A DNA stretch of 64,000 bases from NCBI GenBank assembly GCA_965637545.1, contig OZ281500.1, positions 12,586,001-12,650,000 of the forward strand, read 5' to 3'. The translations under genes were made by a program, and so were the position numbers. The notes beneath the pieces are model-generated. The model had not been told where the DNA came from. It was given only the letters and a program-made list of their open reading frames with translations, and did not search any database. The stretch is from Phallusia mammillata (Eukaryota). This document shows positions 22,727 through 37,200 of the stretch, piece by piece. Position 1 is the first letter of the stretch; each line of letters starts with the position of its first letter.

Positions 22727-23538
22727 CAGTGCTCTTCAACCTTTTTAGTGGCATGAAACCCTCAAGGTGTTTTGTCAAACTTTGCGGAACTCCTATAAAA
22801 TAATTTCAACCAATGTAATAGGCTACACCAGTGGTTCCCAAACTATGCGCCGCTGATGTCAGAGATGTCATTAGGTGTGCCGCAAAAAATATTGAAATTA
22901 AAATCAATCAAGTAGAGTAGTAGTACCAGGTGTTTAGACTACTAGGCCAACATGCTCCACGTCTCTGAGATGTTCAACTAGGCTATTTAACTATGAGAGT
23001 GACCTGTACAGCGGCTTTATGACCTCATAGTTAGTGCCTTTGTCAGCTAATTTACTGTGCCATTTTAAACTGAAATAACAAAATTCAAATATATTTTTAT
23101 TCAAATGTTCGAAGTGCGCCAAATAATTTTTGTTTTTTCTAAAATGCGCCTTAAAAGAAAAAAGTTTGGGAACCACTGGGCTACACCAAAGAAAAACATG
23201 CATTTTAATTAACACACCCCAAGCACAAAATATAAGTTGACTTCAATCAAACGATTCACTGAAACGCATTGCCATGTTACTTGTAACCGTCGTTTCTACA
23301 TTTATCTCGCAATTTTGCCAGAGTGTATTAAGGCTTTGTTTATTACGTGACAATTGATCAATGGTGCAACGTGCAACCAAGGTTAACTACTAGATTGTAC
23401 GGGCGAGCATTGCTGTTCGCATCAATGATATTGTTATGATTCATATTTGTACAACTAACCGCTGCGAACCCCTGAGCAACCCTTAAAGATCACGGAACCC
23501 ATGTAAGGTTAGTACGGAACCCCGGTCGAAGAGCCCTG
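22727..23538. mobile_element. hAT-type MITE
   Basis: TIR CAG(T/G)GCTCTTC(A/G)ACC; perfect TSD ATATTAAA. Confidence 0.88.
22829..23178. mobile_element. Charlie-type MITE nested in the previous element
   Basis: TIR CAGTGGTTCCCAAACT; perfect TSD GGCTACAC. Confidence 0.92.
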
Positions 23539-25290
23539 ATATTAAAGATTAGGCTTGATAATTCTTCGCAGGTGTAAAAACAAAATCCTACCGTTTTGTC
23601 GATAAGTCTGAGAGACAAACAATAGTAAGCCGATTAAATATTCAATCATTTTACTGCCTATAATCCTGCCAGTCCGGTTGCAGACTCTCGTCAAGTGCTG
23701 GAAGCACACAATACTTATATGCATCACTTTCCATATTTGCGTTTTGTGAAGGGTGCTTCAGTTACGGAGCACCATACCCATGCAGCTTCTCCCCTTTGGG
23801 ACCATTATATACATTTTTGTTTTAGCATTTGTATGTAGTTACATTTAAGGTATTGGTTAAGGTATAGAGTTTAAACTAAAACTTATAATTATTTGCTTCG
23901 AGTACGTATCATTAAATATTTTCTTCATTTATTTTTTTAACGGTTTAGGATTTTAAGCTAAGTTACGTCGTCACCATAGACGTAAGGCGACCGATGACAC
24001 TATTAAAAGCAGAGAAAAATTCATTACACTGTGTTCGATCAAACAAAACGGACATTCGTGTCCGAATTTTCTGCGTGTCCGCCGACAATAGGGTGTTTTA
24101 TTTCTAAAATGTGTGTCCACTATCGTATGTGCGAAATACAAAACTAATGTGGACAAACAATTCTGGATATCATATACCTCGTTCAACAATTCCGAAGTAT
24201 AGGCCTACATCCAACTTTACGGATCCAAGGAAATCAACATTAAACGGGTCAACTGATACTTTTCTGATAAAAATTTGGTAGGATTGTGATAATTGTTATT
24301 TGTGCGACATATATAGATGTAATGCAGGATTTTTTTTAGCATACTCCCCACAGCTTCGACACCTATAAAATTGCCACTACACCAAGGGTCATAAATCGAA
24401 ATTGATTTACGATTTCCGTGTGCGATCCACAGAGAAAGGTGTGTAAACTCATTGATGCGCAACGACGAAACTTTCGTCGTTGGTGTCGCTGTTTAGCTTG
24501 TCATGTCATGTTGTTGTTTATTCTTTTTGAAGAAAAAATGTTGTACGATTGAGTGCACAAGTTTAATGTAACTTCAGCTGCAAGTATGGTCAACGCACGT
24601 TTGTTAAAATTTCAACAAATACAGAACAGTTTAAATGTATGTGTGAATTATTTACAAGTTTACAACCAAAACGAAATTTGCAAGTTTAAATCTCGAATAC
24701 GGTAAAACTGAGGAAAACACACTCCTCAAACGGTTTTACTGCTTAGTTACTAACAGTAAGGGAGATTGGTGTCAAGCCAGTATGGATAGTATGGCAGCTG
24801 CACACCCGAGACAATTATTTTCAAGTTTGATTGCACACTTGAGACATTTTTTAGGTTTGCGACACCTGGTGTGTTTGTTCTCTTTGAGAAAAAAATTTGC
24901 CTTTGAAATTTTCGTTTTACATTAGATAACCAGTGGCGCAATTGCATTTGACAGTTATTTTGAGATTTTGTTAAATATTTGTAAATCGGTTAGCTTTTTT
25001 TTGATGAGGTGCACACCTAACTGGTTCGTGCTATCATGCATACCTTAAAATTTCTTTGTGCACACTTGCACACCTGAAAATTCTTCGTGCACACCCGAGA
25101 TCTCGGCGAAACGTGCCATAAAATCCAATGTGGGTGTCAAGAAGTATGTGGTCGTTTTTTTTATCACAACATACAGAGTTCCTAAACATTTTGGATGATT
25201 AAGTTGGAAAAACTTTTATATAATTTTTTAAATTTGTACTTACAACATTGCACATTATAGATCACAGTTAAAATGCAATTGTAGGAAAAA

Positions 25291-28200
25291 ATGAGTTCAA
25301 TAAACGCTGATGATCTTGGACGGGTGGTTAAAGTTGAATACAGTTACAAATACAAAGCAAACGATGGACGGTACATAAGCATAGAGGAGGGTGAGGAGTT
25401 TATCTTGGTAAAGAAATCTAATGCTGATTGGTGGCAAGTAATCAGACTAGGTAAATAAACTTTCTTGTTTCAATGTTGTAGAAAATGAAGAACAATTTCT
25501 GTTTTTTTGTATACAACTACAAGTTGGTCTTGCAATATTTAAGGTTTAATATCATCTCACATACTTCTCACATATTGTTATAAGTTTTAAAATTTGGATA
25601 ACGATAACAATTGAACAGTGGTGTTTATGCGTTGTGGACACAATGATAAAAAAATCACTGTATTTGCTTGGCCAGTTCAATGTTACAACTAGAGATGCAC
25701 CGAACCCGCCTAAAAAGGTTTGGGCCGAAACCAAATATTTGTGCACGAGGCCGAATAATTTCAGCGGAACTAGATCGAACCTAAAATCTGCGTTTCTAGC
25801 TAAACCTTGTGTTGTTGATGTGAGTGAATTTAATTATGACAAGCCAAAATCCCTTTCACAATGCAGAAGCTTTACGAAACTTGTAATATTTTGCAGACAA
25901 TGTGGCTCGTATTTTATAGATACAACAATTAGTTAGAACTAGAGATGTACCGAATATTCGGTTTGCCGAATTTATTCGGCCGAATCGATCATTTTTGCAA
26001 AGATTCGGTTTCGGCCGAATAATTTGTTGCGATTCGGCCGAAACCGAATCTTTAACGAACACAAATTTAAAGCGTTAAACGTGTCTTTTCTGCTTATTAA
26101 GGTCCACACAATCTTTCAAAAGCCCAAACATAACGAAAATTGCGTCAATGTTTATCTTTTTCAACACATTATCGTTTTTCCCATGGTAGTCAAAAAAATT
26201 AGTAATTCATTGGCAGGTTGCCAATCATGCTTAAGGCAATTTTAAACCCCACAGAACTGAAATAAGGACGAAACACAACTATTTTGCACTGGCTGCCTGG
26301 TAGATAAACATTTTTTTCACGTCAAACGCGTAGCGTTCCGCCGAATATTCGGTTTCGGCCGAATCGAAATTTCGCCGATTCGGTACATCACTAGTTAGAA
26401 CCAATATACACAGACTTCCTGCCAGAGTACATAACGTGTATTCTATGTACACAAGTACTCTGGCAGTTATGATTAAACAATTAGTTAATTTATTATGTTT
26501 CATATTGGTAAAAATAAAAGTTTAGGCATTAATTCCATGAAATCATAAAGTTAGGTTTTGGCTGAATTTTCAAAAAAGTTCGGGCCGAAACCGAAAAATC
26601 GGAAAAAACTTCGGTGCGCCACTAGTTACAATCATTGGAAAGCATCAATCATATTTTTGCAAACATTTGGAATTGGCTACTGTTATGTAAAGTGCCACAT
26701 TTCTTAAAACTTGTGCATGTTTCAAACAAAATTTCCCCCTTTTTAATCAATGAAATTAACTCTCTACTGTGTGTTTAAATGTTAGCTTTGTGGATTTTTT
26801 TATAAAATTTACTTGTATTAACAAATATACTTACCATTGTTGTCCTGTTTTCATGTTCAGAAGAGAAAAAGCCAATTTACATTCCGGCTGCATATGTAAA
26901 AGAAACCACTTTACCGAAGAGATATCCTGAACATCCATACTTTAAGTAGGTACCCCAATCTGTACCACTATACAAGGTGGCTAAGTGTGGGAATTGATTC
27001 AGTTTTTTTGGTTTGGTATTTGAACATATATAACAATATAGATTTGGGTAAAGTTACCCTTGTGTTGTTTTTCTTTTATTGAGATTTCAGACATAACTAT
27101 GAAAGTTGTCTATACTTTTGTTTTTAAAGATTGACTGAAATCAGGTCAACAGTGTTATTGTGTAAGCATATGTCAATTACTGTTTCAATTTACCTCTTTT
27201 AACTTACATTGAGTCAAATGTGTTTCAGAAAAGCATATCAAGCTCTGCAGAAATCTAAAAAGAAGCAACGTTCTTTGGAGCCCATAAAAAAAGATCAAGA
27301 TAGACCTCTTTCCCGTGCCTTTCATTCTGGAAATGAAAGACTAATTGCAGTTAGTGGATCGAGAGAAGACCTTACGGTGGTGACAGCTCTTCCTGGAGAC
27401 AACAAATTGTAAGTAGAGATGATTCCAGTTAATTGCAAACTGATCAGTTGAGTATTCTATTATATTGCATTGCAGTTATGCGTTTTATATTGTTCACATA
27501 CATTTATCTTGTAATAGAGTTCTAATTAACCAAACACTGCGTAATCACATATTTAAACTTAATGACTTTTATACTACAGCCTAGTCATTAATCTTCAGCA
27601 TAGCTCTTCAACCTTTATTTTATCTTGTGCAGCATTCTGAACTAATGCTGTGATTCCATGAACCCCTGTAATTGATGTAACATTAGGCTTACTTTTTAGC
27701 CGTTTACAGACATAACAAAAATCTTTAATTAGAAAAACACAAATTTGAAGTGACATTTTTAAGGATAAAAGTCTATTGAGGTGGTGGTGTATTTGTAATC
27801 CTTGAGACATGCCACTCTTTGCAGCAAATGACTGCAACTCTTTCACTTACATTTTTGGTTGGTAAAACCATGTGTCTGCCATGCTTATAAAATAAAGTGC
27901 AAAAGAACTGAAAAAAAGCCACACCAACTATAGGGAAACCAGAACCAAAACCAAAAATTCAACACCTACTACAACATCAACTTGGTTGGGTGTATGATAT
28001 TTAAACTGATTTAACGAAGTCAATTTCCTGAATGTACGTACTGAGTTACTAAACTTGTTCAAAATCAACAAACTTGTTTCCAGATCTGAATTGCGAGCAA
28101 GCTGTGACTCTTTGGATCGATTTATTGAGAATGAAAATCCATATGATGAAGTGCCATATGAGCCATCCCATAAGTTTTCTAAACAGGTTGGGAATTACGC

Positions 28201-31200
28201 ATCGTGTGTTTTCTGTTCTTGTTGTAGATAAAATATCTTTAACATATCAGTTTGATATCAGATTTTATTCGGGCACTGCAATAACAAAAATGTACTTACG
28301 TGTTTGTTTGTCAAAGCTATGTTGGGGTATTTATAATTGAGTACACAAAATGGACCACAGCTGAAAAATAATCCAATTTTTTTATTGTGTTGCTTTGTCA
28401 ATAGGTAGTTGTAAAACTTTGTTTTTTGTTTTGTTTTAAATTTTGATTAACTTTGCAGGGAAAAACTAAAAAACATTCATTTGAAGAACCAGAATATGAG
28501 AACTTGGAGGTATATGTTACAGTTAAATATAAGACTTAAATGAACATATATACTAACTGTATTTGTTGGGAAGACTAAAATTAATATACTACTATGTAAC
28601 TTGCAACGTTTTGTTTTACAGACCATCCAAAAATCAGTGGATGACCAAACAAAGGCAAAAAGCAGTAGCTCACCACGCACTTCAGGTATCAGTGAAATTA
28701 GTGAAATGTGCTTATGTGTGAAGTGGTGGTTAAACAATTGTCTCTAAATCATTTAAGTAGGTAAATACAGGATCATTGTGTAATGGAATAAATATATATT
28801 TCTACAAAGTCGTTTTACCCAACACAAAAGATCGTTAGATTTAAAAATATTCTACCTGATACACATCATCTGTCAACAGAAAAAGATAGTAAAAGTCCAT
28901 CTCTAAAAAGTCAACAGGATAAATCTGAGCAGATTAGCTCCAAGGAAGATAAACCTCGGACCTCAACTGACCCATCACCAAGGAAAGCAGTAAGTGTCAA
29001 TGGTTCAATACTACTTGCACAGTTATGCTAAAGAAATGTTTAGTACAAATTAGTTGTGAGTATTGATTTTAAGATAACTACATTGATTAGGTCTTTTTAG
29101 CTAAAAATCAATTCAATCATTACCACAATGCAGTAAACAAACAAAGGTTTTGTACTCCACTTTGTTTACATGTTAGGGTAGAGAAAGGGTAGTCTAAATG
29201 TCTTTTTAAAAGGGTATATCTCAAAAATCGTTAATGACTCAAAAACTTTAAATAAAAAAAAATTACACAGAATGGCAATATAATGGTACTTTACAGAGAA
29301 AAGTGTTTGTAGTTTAAAACTTCACACTCAATACGCTGTACAAGCAATAAATACAAATTTTTGTGGCAGGGTTATGAAGAAAACTGGGAACTTCATTTGG
29401 ACAACCAGACTGGTAGCAAATACTACTACGAAACACACAGTGGAGCGATGAGAACAATGCCACCAAGAAAAAAAGTCCCACCACCTTCACCACCACAAAG
29501 CATTGAAGTAAGTAAAAAGTCATTATTGACTGGTTTTGGTAGTTTGTACAAAAATCAAACTAAACATTTTACTGTTATCAACAGCGAATTCATGGAAGTA
29601 TGCCAGTTCCTCCACCTGTACCTGATGTGTCAAAGAAGCCATCCTTTGATCGATCAAGACTTTCCCCACATTCTGATGAAGATATGTAAGTTACTTTTGT
29701 CATGTATTCTTGTAGTCTATATCTCATGTGGTAAAAGTATGTTACGATTTTCCCAATATAATTTTTGTCTAAAATGTGTACTACAATTTGTAGTTATTTA
29801 CCACAAACAAAAACTGCAAAAAAAAAACTTCATGAAAACACAAATTTAAATTATAGACAACCTGTTCCACTCCAACGTCGTCGAACATCCCCTGCTCGAT
29901 ACAAAAACAGTCACCGATCACCACTGATATCCCGTGCCAACCACACAAACACTCCTGTGCAGCTGTCCCCTAACAAGGATAACCAGGATCCATGGTCACC
30001 AATCCAAAACATGCCATCGCCAACCCAAAACACACTTGATGGTAGTTTGGAACTGCCCAACAATAACAACAGTAACAATCGGTCGAGTTTTACCTTTAGT
30101 CAGCTTTCTCCTGATGCTGAAAACAAAACATCAAAGCACAAAAAAGCATTGAGTGATTCAAATAAACAATACCCTGAACATCACACATCTCCACTAAGCT
30201 CCAAGCGTTCATCACAGAAGTCTCGATCCTCCTCATTTACAACTGAGGACTTGAGGCGACTTTCACCTTCATCCAGCAAGTGGAGGCGTGAGATGAGTCC
30301 AGATGGAGAAGTTGTTTTTATTCATGATTTAAATGGTGACAGGGTAAGATTTGTTTTATTTCCTGGTTTTAATTCATTATGACAGCATTGACAAGCTAGT
30401 TTTTAGTGAAATAACGAAACAAAATTGTGACAATTTTGTGCAATCAGAATATTCATAAATTTGTCTTTGCATTAAACAGGGTGTGTCTGACTTCATTGGC
30501 CATTGGGTCACCTATGATTAGCAGTTGATATCCTATAACAGCCGGTTTCAACAATGTCTAAATTGCAATAAATTTAGACAATTTTTTGACACATCTTACT
30601 TTATTCCCAGTGGTCGTCAAACTAGATTAGGTCCAACAAATAATCAAAGTCTAATAAATCAAACATATTACAGTATTTGCTTTTTGTAACATGACAATGC
30701 ACTAAATATAGTAATCCTTCAAGTTTTATGTCTTAATGTAAATTCATTTTATTCTAATGTAGTGGCACCAAATGGTTGATGACACTTCAGGAAACTACTA
30801 TTATTTTAATGAACTGACAAGGCAAACTTCTTGGCAGCTTCCAGAGGTAGATTTGGAGTAAATCAGTAGTTAAATGTATAAGTTGTATAAATAACATATT
30901 AATAATGTAAGTTGAATGTATTTTGTGTTATAATTGGAAAAAGAAGTAGATCTCTTTAACTTGGGAATTGCAAATAAATAAGTTTTTAAGAAAACATTTA
31001 AGTAGTGAAAAAGAATGCCATAAGGTCAACAGTTGTTTATTTGCTCTTTTGGCGTTTTCCTTTCTTCTCAATCTAACAAACTAAATGTTTGTTTTGCCTA
31101 ACCCTGCTTGGGTCTTCGTTTAATTGCATGTAAATTTTAGTTATTTGCTATCACTAATGTTTTGTGAAGTCTGATGCGCATGATGATGTTGAAAATGTGA

Positions 31201-34200
31201 AAGAAGTCGAGCATTTCACTGGTCAAGAAAGCGATGAAGAGCCTGAGATAATCACTAAGCAGGAGCGGTCTTCGAGTCGAAAGGCCAACACACTTGAGCG
31301 TGACACAGTTTTGCATGTAAAGCCCCTAAATGATTTGCAGCAGCATACTGCCTCATTGCCACCTAATGCGTCCCTGGCAGTTGCTTCCCCTGTGAACTTA
31401 AAACCAAGACATGGGCGGACATTCGCACGCCAGGTTGACCGGGTAATGCACGCTCGTTCAATGATTATGCTAAGTGGTACTTCTAACATGTCATCCCCTA
31501 CTGAAGAACACAGTCAGGTATTTACCTCACTAGGCTTAATAATAGTTGCATGTGACTTGACTTCTAATACACTTTTGTCTTCCTTTCACTTTACGTAACA
31601 AGGAATTTGTAATTACTATAGTTAAGGGTCAGGTAATTTGCTGACAAACTGTGCATGAAATCGCATGAATGCGAAATTAAAATGGGCATCATTGCATGTT
31701 GTTTCAGCACGACCACAATCCACTAAAGACTTCTTTATCAGAATGTGATTTGTTAAATGACTCGGTGAGTTTAACTAAAGTTATGAAACCCATTTTTAGG
31801 ATTGGCCAAAAAGTTACACCGACAAAACTTACTGTCAATTACACCTGTTCGTTGTAGTGAATATGGTTTGGGTTTAAATAGTAAACATGTGTTTTTAACA
31901 CAACAATTATATTTGAGCTCCAAGAGTTGCTGCAAAACCCTGAAATAGTTGTTCCTTTTGGCCAATCGTTAAGGTGACATTTAAAATTTCACCTAAAATT
32001 ACTGTCTATATGTTTAAGTTAATGCCTATTTAAGCTCAGTGGTAACCTTTTTGGCGTTGCCACAAGCATCAAGTTTATGGAGCTCTTTTGGCAATTGTAG
32101 TTTTATTCCGACACTTCGATGTCCTATACAGGTCGCCTTCATCAGGGTAAATAACACCCAATGCGCATAGTGAAGTGCACGATTCTTTTTTTTCCTTTGT
32201 TTATCGTGCACTGTATAAAACTGCAATTGCCAGAAGAGCTCTATAAACTTGATATCATGCCTGGCAGCCATAGCTTATACATGGCCACAAGTAATTAGTA
32301 TTTTAATTGCATGTTTATTTTGTGTTTACTTTGGTGTTGGGTTTTTACTGTGGTGAGTGTGGTTTTGTTAGGATGGCCTTTGCATGGTGTTTTACAATAT
32401 ACAATGATAATTTTTAACAGCCAGGAGCATCACGTTTTGGTCAGGAGGGAGATCACACAACTGTTCCTCCACCACATCCCGTGCGTTGTTATCTTTTTCA
32501 TTACTTGCTAATCATTTTTTTACCTTTTAAAAGTTATTCATAGAATTTGCAGGAACCAATTGGTGTGTATATAATTCTACCATGGATGTCTGCAGAATTG
32601 TTTAATGCTGGTGTCATTTAAACAATTACGTTTGGTTTATCTTTTGGTGCTCTCTTTACCTTTGTGTTGAAAAAATGCAGTTTTTCTAATTTGAAAAAAA
32701 AGTAGTCAAAAGTAATTTGTTCACATTTGGTATAATAGTTTTGTGGATGACTTTTGAATGGTGATTTAAGTTAAACCCCAGTTATGTAGTGCCGTTATTT
32801 ATTTTATAACATGGTACAAACAGCAAACCTTCAATGTATTAAAAGTGTAATTATTGCTTTTTTGCAGATGATTGAAAGACAAGGAAGACTTAATTGGACA
32901 AAGTTGATGGATGCTGGCAAAAAGCAAAGAAAAAATTGGGTCCAACAATGGGTTGTTTTGCTTGCAAATAACCTTCTCTTTTACAAAGACCAAAAACAGG
33001 CTATTATGGTAACTAGCTGCAATTTTAAATATGAATTTGAGTGAGGCTGTTTTAAATGAGAGTTGTTAACAGCAAAACTGCAAGAATACTTTGTTTCAGA
33101 AGATGTAACATAAAAATTGCTCTACTTTAACTTGTTTTACCAAACACTCTTTTAAATCCATTTGCTTTCATTAGAGCTGATTGTCTGCTCTTATTACTTT
33201 ATTTTTGTTCTGGTTGTCAAAGGCAGAGTTAAGTTTAGAATGTGTTATAGACAAAATCAACTCCACATGGCAAACCAGAAAGCAGTTGTGATCTGCGAGG
33301 AGCAACTATAGATTGGGCTAAGGACAAGAGCAGCAAGAAAAATGTGGTTGAGGTAAGTTGTCAGTTTTGCTTCAAAATATAATGTTAACAGCAAACAAAA
33401 TGCATTTTTTCTGTCCCACAAGGTGGCGTTACTGGTCCATAGTTGTGGTTTGTTAAACAATGTCTGTACGCCTCCAAAGCATTGTATTTGGCACTTGTAT
33501 TAATGACACTTCACAAATAAATTTGTTTAATTTGTCTTATTTAACTGCTGCTGTTGTTTATAAACTGCCCCATTTTGTTGTTTAGTTGCAAACCGTTCGG
33601 GGTTTGTCTCTCTTACTTCAGCATGACGACCAATCAACTATTAAGAAATGGCTTAATGCTGTCAAAGAAACCATTCAAAGAGCAGTAAGTTGTTTTACAA
33701 TTTAAAGCTGTTAGAGTTAGATCAATGCATATGTCTTTAGTCTTAGGTAGAAAACCACAAACAAAATGTTTTACAGGTTGCTTTGTGCTGAAAAGTGTCA
33801 GGTAGTTTTAAGTTACATTTTTGCTTTTACAAATGTTGCCTGATTATGATTTCTTTTCTTTTTGTTCAAGTTTTGTTTACTAATCTAAAACAAAGCAATG
33901 GTTAATGGTACAAAAATACACACACACAAACTCATAGCTAACTATCACAAGACAACAGATGCTTAGTGGAAACGAAGTTCAGATGATGCAGCAACGTTAG
34001 ATTTCCTTGTATACCTGCAAGGCGCGATCATCAGCACAGTAAGCGGCTACCATGCATAGGATGCACGACGTTATACACATGCATTGCTTTACTTCCGTGT
34101 ACGCCATGCGCATGTACCTATATATAAATATCTAAGCAGGAAGCAGCATAGTCTCCTCAATGGTACTGGCAGGTTGGTGTCTCTTTGTCTATGGCAACAT

Positions 34201-37200
34201 GGGGATGTTTTAGTTTCGTCTTGTAACTGATGAGGTGTGAAACTTTATGTTTGTTTGATGTTGAAGCAGGAAATTAGGAAGTAGCGTTACAAAATGGTTT
34301 AAAGCAGCAACTGTTAAAATACTGTGTGCTGTTGTTGTGAAGCTGCTCGGTCAACTTAAGGCAAAAGTATGTTTTTGAAACGAACTTCTTCACACTCGAA
34401 GAACCGCCATGCATACAAGGAGGTACGGTATATTTGTTTCTTTTTGATTTTAACAGGAAAACGATTTTAAAAGCTAGATTGTCTAATCTCATGTAACTGG
34501 AAGCACCGCTTAATGGATGTAAAGGTTTGCTTTCTGACGGTTTTGCATGTTTTTGTTAAACTGTTACTTCTCTACGATTTGTGGACTTGAATTTATTTTT
34601 GTAAAAACGTTTCTTTGTAAACTTTATCCAGGCTTGGTAGAGTATTGTTTGGCGTAGTTTATTAGGTGGTAAATTGTAAAAAGGTGAGGAGACAAAAACG
34701 CTGACTCAGCCAATCTTCCTTTGTGGCCTGTTTGACGCGATAATAAGTTTGTAAACGTAAAGTGGCTTTTGTTTACATCGACTCAAAGCACGCTCTGCAG
34801 TAGTGCGTTCTATTTCCGGTAGGTTGAGAAATATACCCGAGTTGTAATACCCTGTTGCTCTTATCGTACTCTTTGCCATCCGGCCCATTGCTGACGCTTG
34901 CGGTCAATACTTAACATCACACGTGTCTTCACACTAAGCATCTCTTCTGACCACCTGACTGCCGCGGGCTTAAATCCATGTTAAAACGTTCACTCTGGCA
35001 TACATTTGTTTGCTGAGGTCAGGATTGGTGTCTTTTAACGTCAACACTCTCTTGCTGTTACATTGCATGTCGCGTACGACTAATGAGCACCGCTCTTGAT
35101 GGCAAAGTTAATTACTGCCAGAGGGAAAATAATACATGTAAATGCCCCCTCTATTGCAGTTTCAATATTGTAATCCGTAATTTGCGTAGGGCTTAGATAT
35201 GGAGCTTCGTTGCAGGAACTACGTGTAGAACTTAGTTAGAGAGTTTTGCTGCTTTACTTGTTTGCAAGTTCAGACTTAATTTTCTGTAATTGGTTCTTCT
35301 TTAGCTGTGCTTTTTGCTGTGTTTAAGGTTGAATATTAACAACATGATAAAATTACGCTTGGAAAGGATTTGCTTAGGTAGCAAACTTGCTAGAAAACTC
35401 TACCGCAATCATTTGACGGTGTCAGGAAAAACTGTTTTCCTGTTTTTTGTTCTTGGCCTACTGATTGTTCTGCGGCGGAATTTTCGAGTGCCTCCGTCGC
35501 ATCGTAAACGTTTGGTTGTAACGTACAGAAGCTTGAAGTTACACGGTGATGAAACAACTAAAACTCTGAGCGGCATTCCTAAGCCTTGGCCACCAGAAAA
35601 ACTGAAGACCGTTTGTTCTCTCGATGACCTGCAAGATCAAAGAATCGGCAGAACACCTCAAGTACAACTGGACCGAAACAAATTTCTTTATCCAATATTG
35701 ACAAACGGTCCCAACAACCAAGTTATCGGACTACGAGACTCGATATACCTTGCAATGCGACTTAATCGAACACTAATTTTGCCAGACTTTCGCAAACACA
35801 AGACTGATTCTTCTGGTGCATTGGATGTTGTTCCCGTGGAGGTACGGATCGACTTAAGTCGTCTGTCAACATTTGTTTCTGTCGCTTCCAGTGCTGATTT
35901 GTCACAGATTTGTCGCGGCAAATTCGACGCAGTTTTTCTTACTGATCGTTCGCAATCAATGTACGAGTTTTTACCGAAAGCAAAACTTCGAAACGAAGCA
36001 CACCTTAACATCAGCAGTGACGTTGCGATTTTTCCACGTGACGTGAAAGATTGCACTCTTGCCCGCGACGATGACGGAAATGGCCGAAGGATTCGATTGC
36101 TTTATGAATCCAATGCCAGATGTGCGTTGTACGTCTATCCTTTTCGAAGTGTAGATGCAAGGGAGTCGGCTGCACAGATTCGAAATGCGCAAACCGCATT
36201 GAATACTGGCTCAGTTGACTTTAGCGTCCGGCCAGGAAAAACTTTGTACTCTTTGGCGTTTGCTGCCACCACCCGTCCGAAATACGTCACACACATTGCT
36301 CAGACGTTTTCAACTAAAATTTCTGCCGCAAAAATGATCGCTGTGCATTGGAGGTTTGATGTTGAAGATTGGATGGTGAGGTGCGGAAAGCAGACTGCCG
36401 AGTCGAACAACACACAAGTAGTTGATATGTGCTACAAGCTGCAGAGAATTAATGCGGTTGACATCGCTGAGGCGATTTTGTCCTTTGCTCGTGAACTGGA
36501 AAGCAGAACTTATGTAAAAGTCGATGCAGTTTACTTCGCCGCCCCTCTCACTCTTTCAACTCTTGCCAACGAAGTTCGTCGTCGTGTTCTCTCCATAGAC
36601 CGCTCGCGTCTTAGGCTGTACATTTACGCCGACCTGAAGGACCATTTAAGGAAATTCGGTGACTGCGAAATGATACACGACAACCGGGAAGAGGTTTTGT
36701 CCCTTGTGGAAATGGAAATCGCTTCAAAGGCCTTCGCTTTTCTTCGCTCCCCAACCTCATCGTGGTCTAACAATGTTGTTCGCGAACGAATTACAGCGAA
36801 AACAAATCGCCATGACGCAAATGTGCTGAAGCTGACGTGGGATGCTCACGCAAAAATTAACAGCAACAGTTGATGTATTTTTATCCATTTTGTTAGTTAT
36901 TGTCATACTAAGCAAGTTTTGTTGGTATGTTTAACATGAATTTGTTTGTGACCGAGGTAGTACGCGAGATGTTAAGCAGACATAATTCGTTGTGGTCGTG
37001 TTTCTTGTCAGGTTATAAAAGCCTTTAGCGTTAGGTTCTACAAATTGACGTTTATTGACAAAAATACCTTTACACTATAACACAATACAGACATACTCGT
37101 GAAAGAAATTTAAAGCACTTTTTATGCAAGAGTGGCTAAAATGTAATGCGTCTTTAGGACAAGCATTGGTTGCATCGACTTACAGTGTAGACGAATCTTT

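Noticed and set aside
27895-27985. Extra RhoGAP exon candidate
   Set aside because: Inclusion would create TGA at the next junction; skipping it keeps the frame.
34210-34245. Hammerhead-ribozyme-like string GTC...CTGATGAG...GAAAC
   Set aside because: Stems I and II are too short to form, and stem III cannot extend beyond 2 bp.
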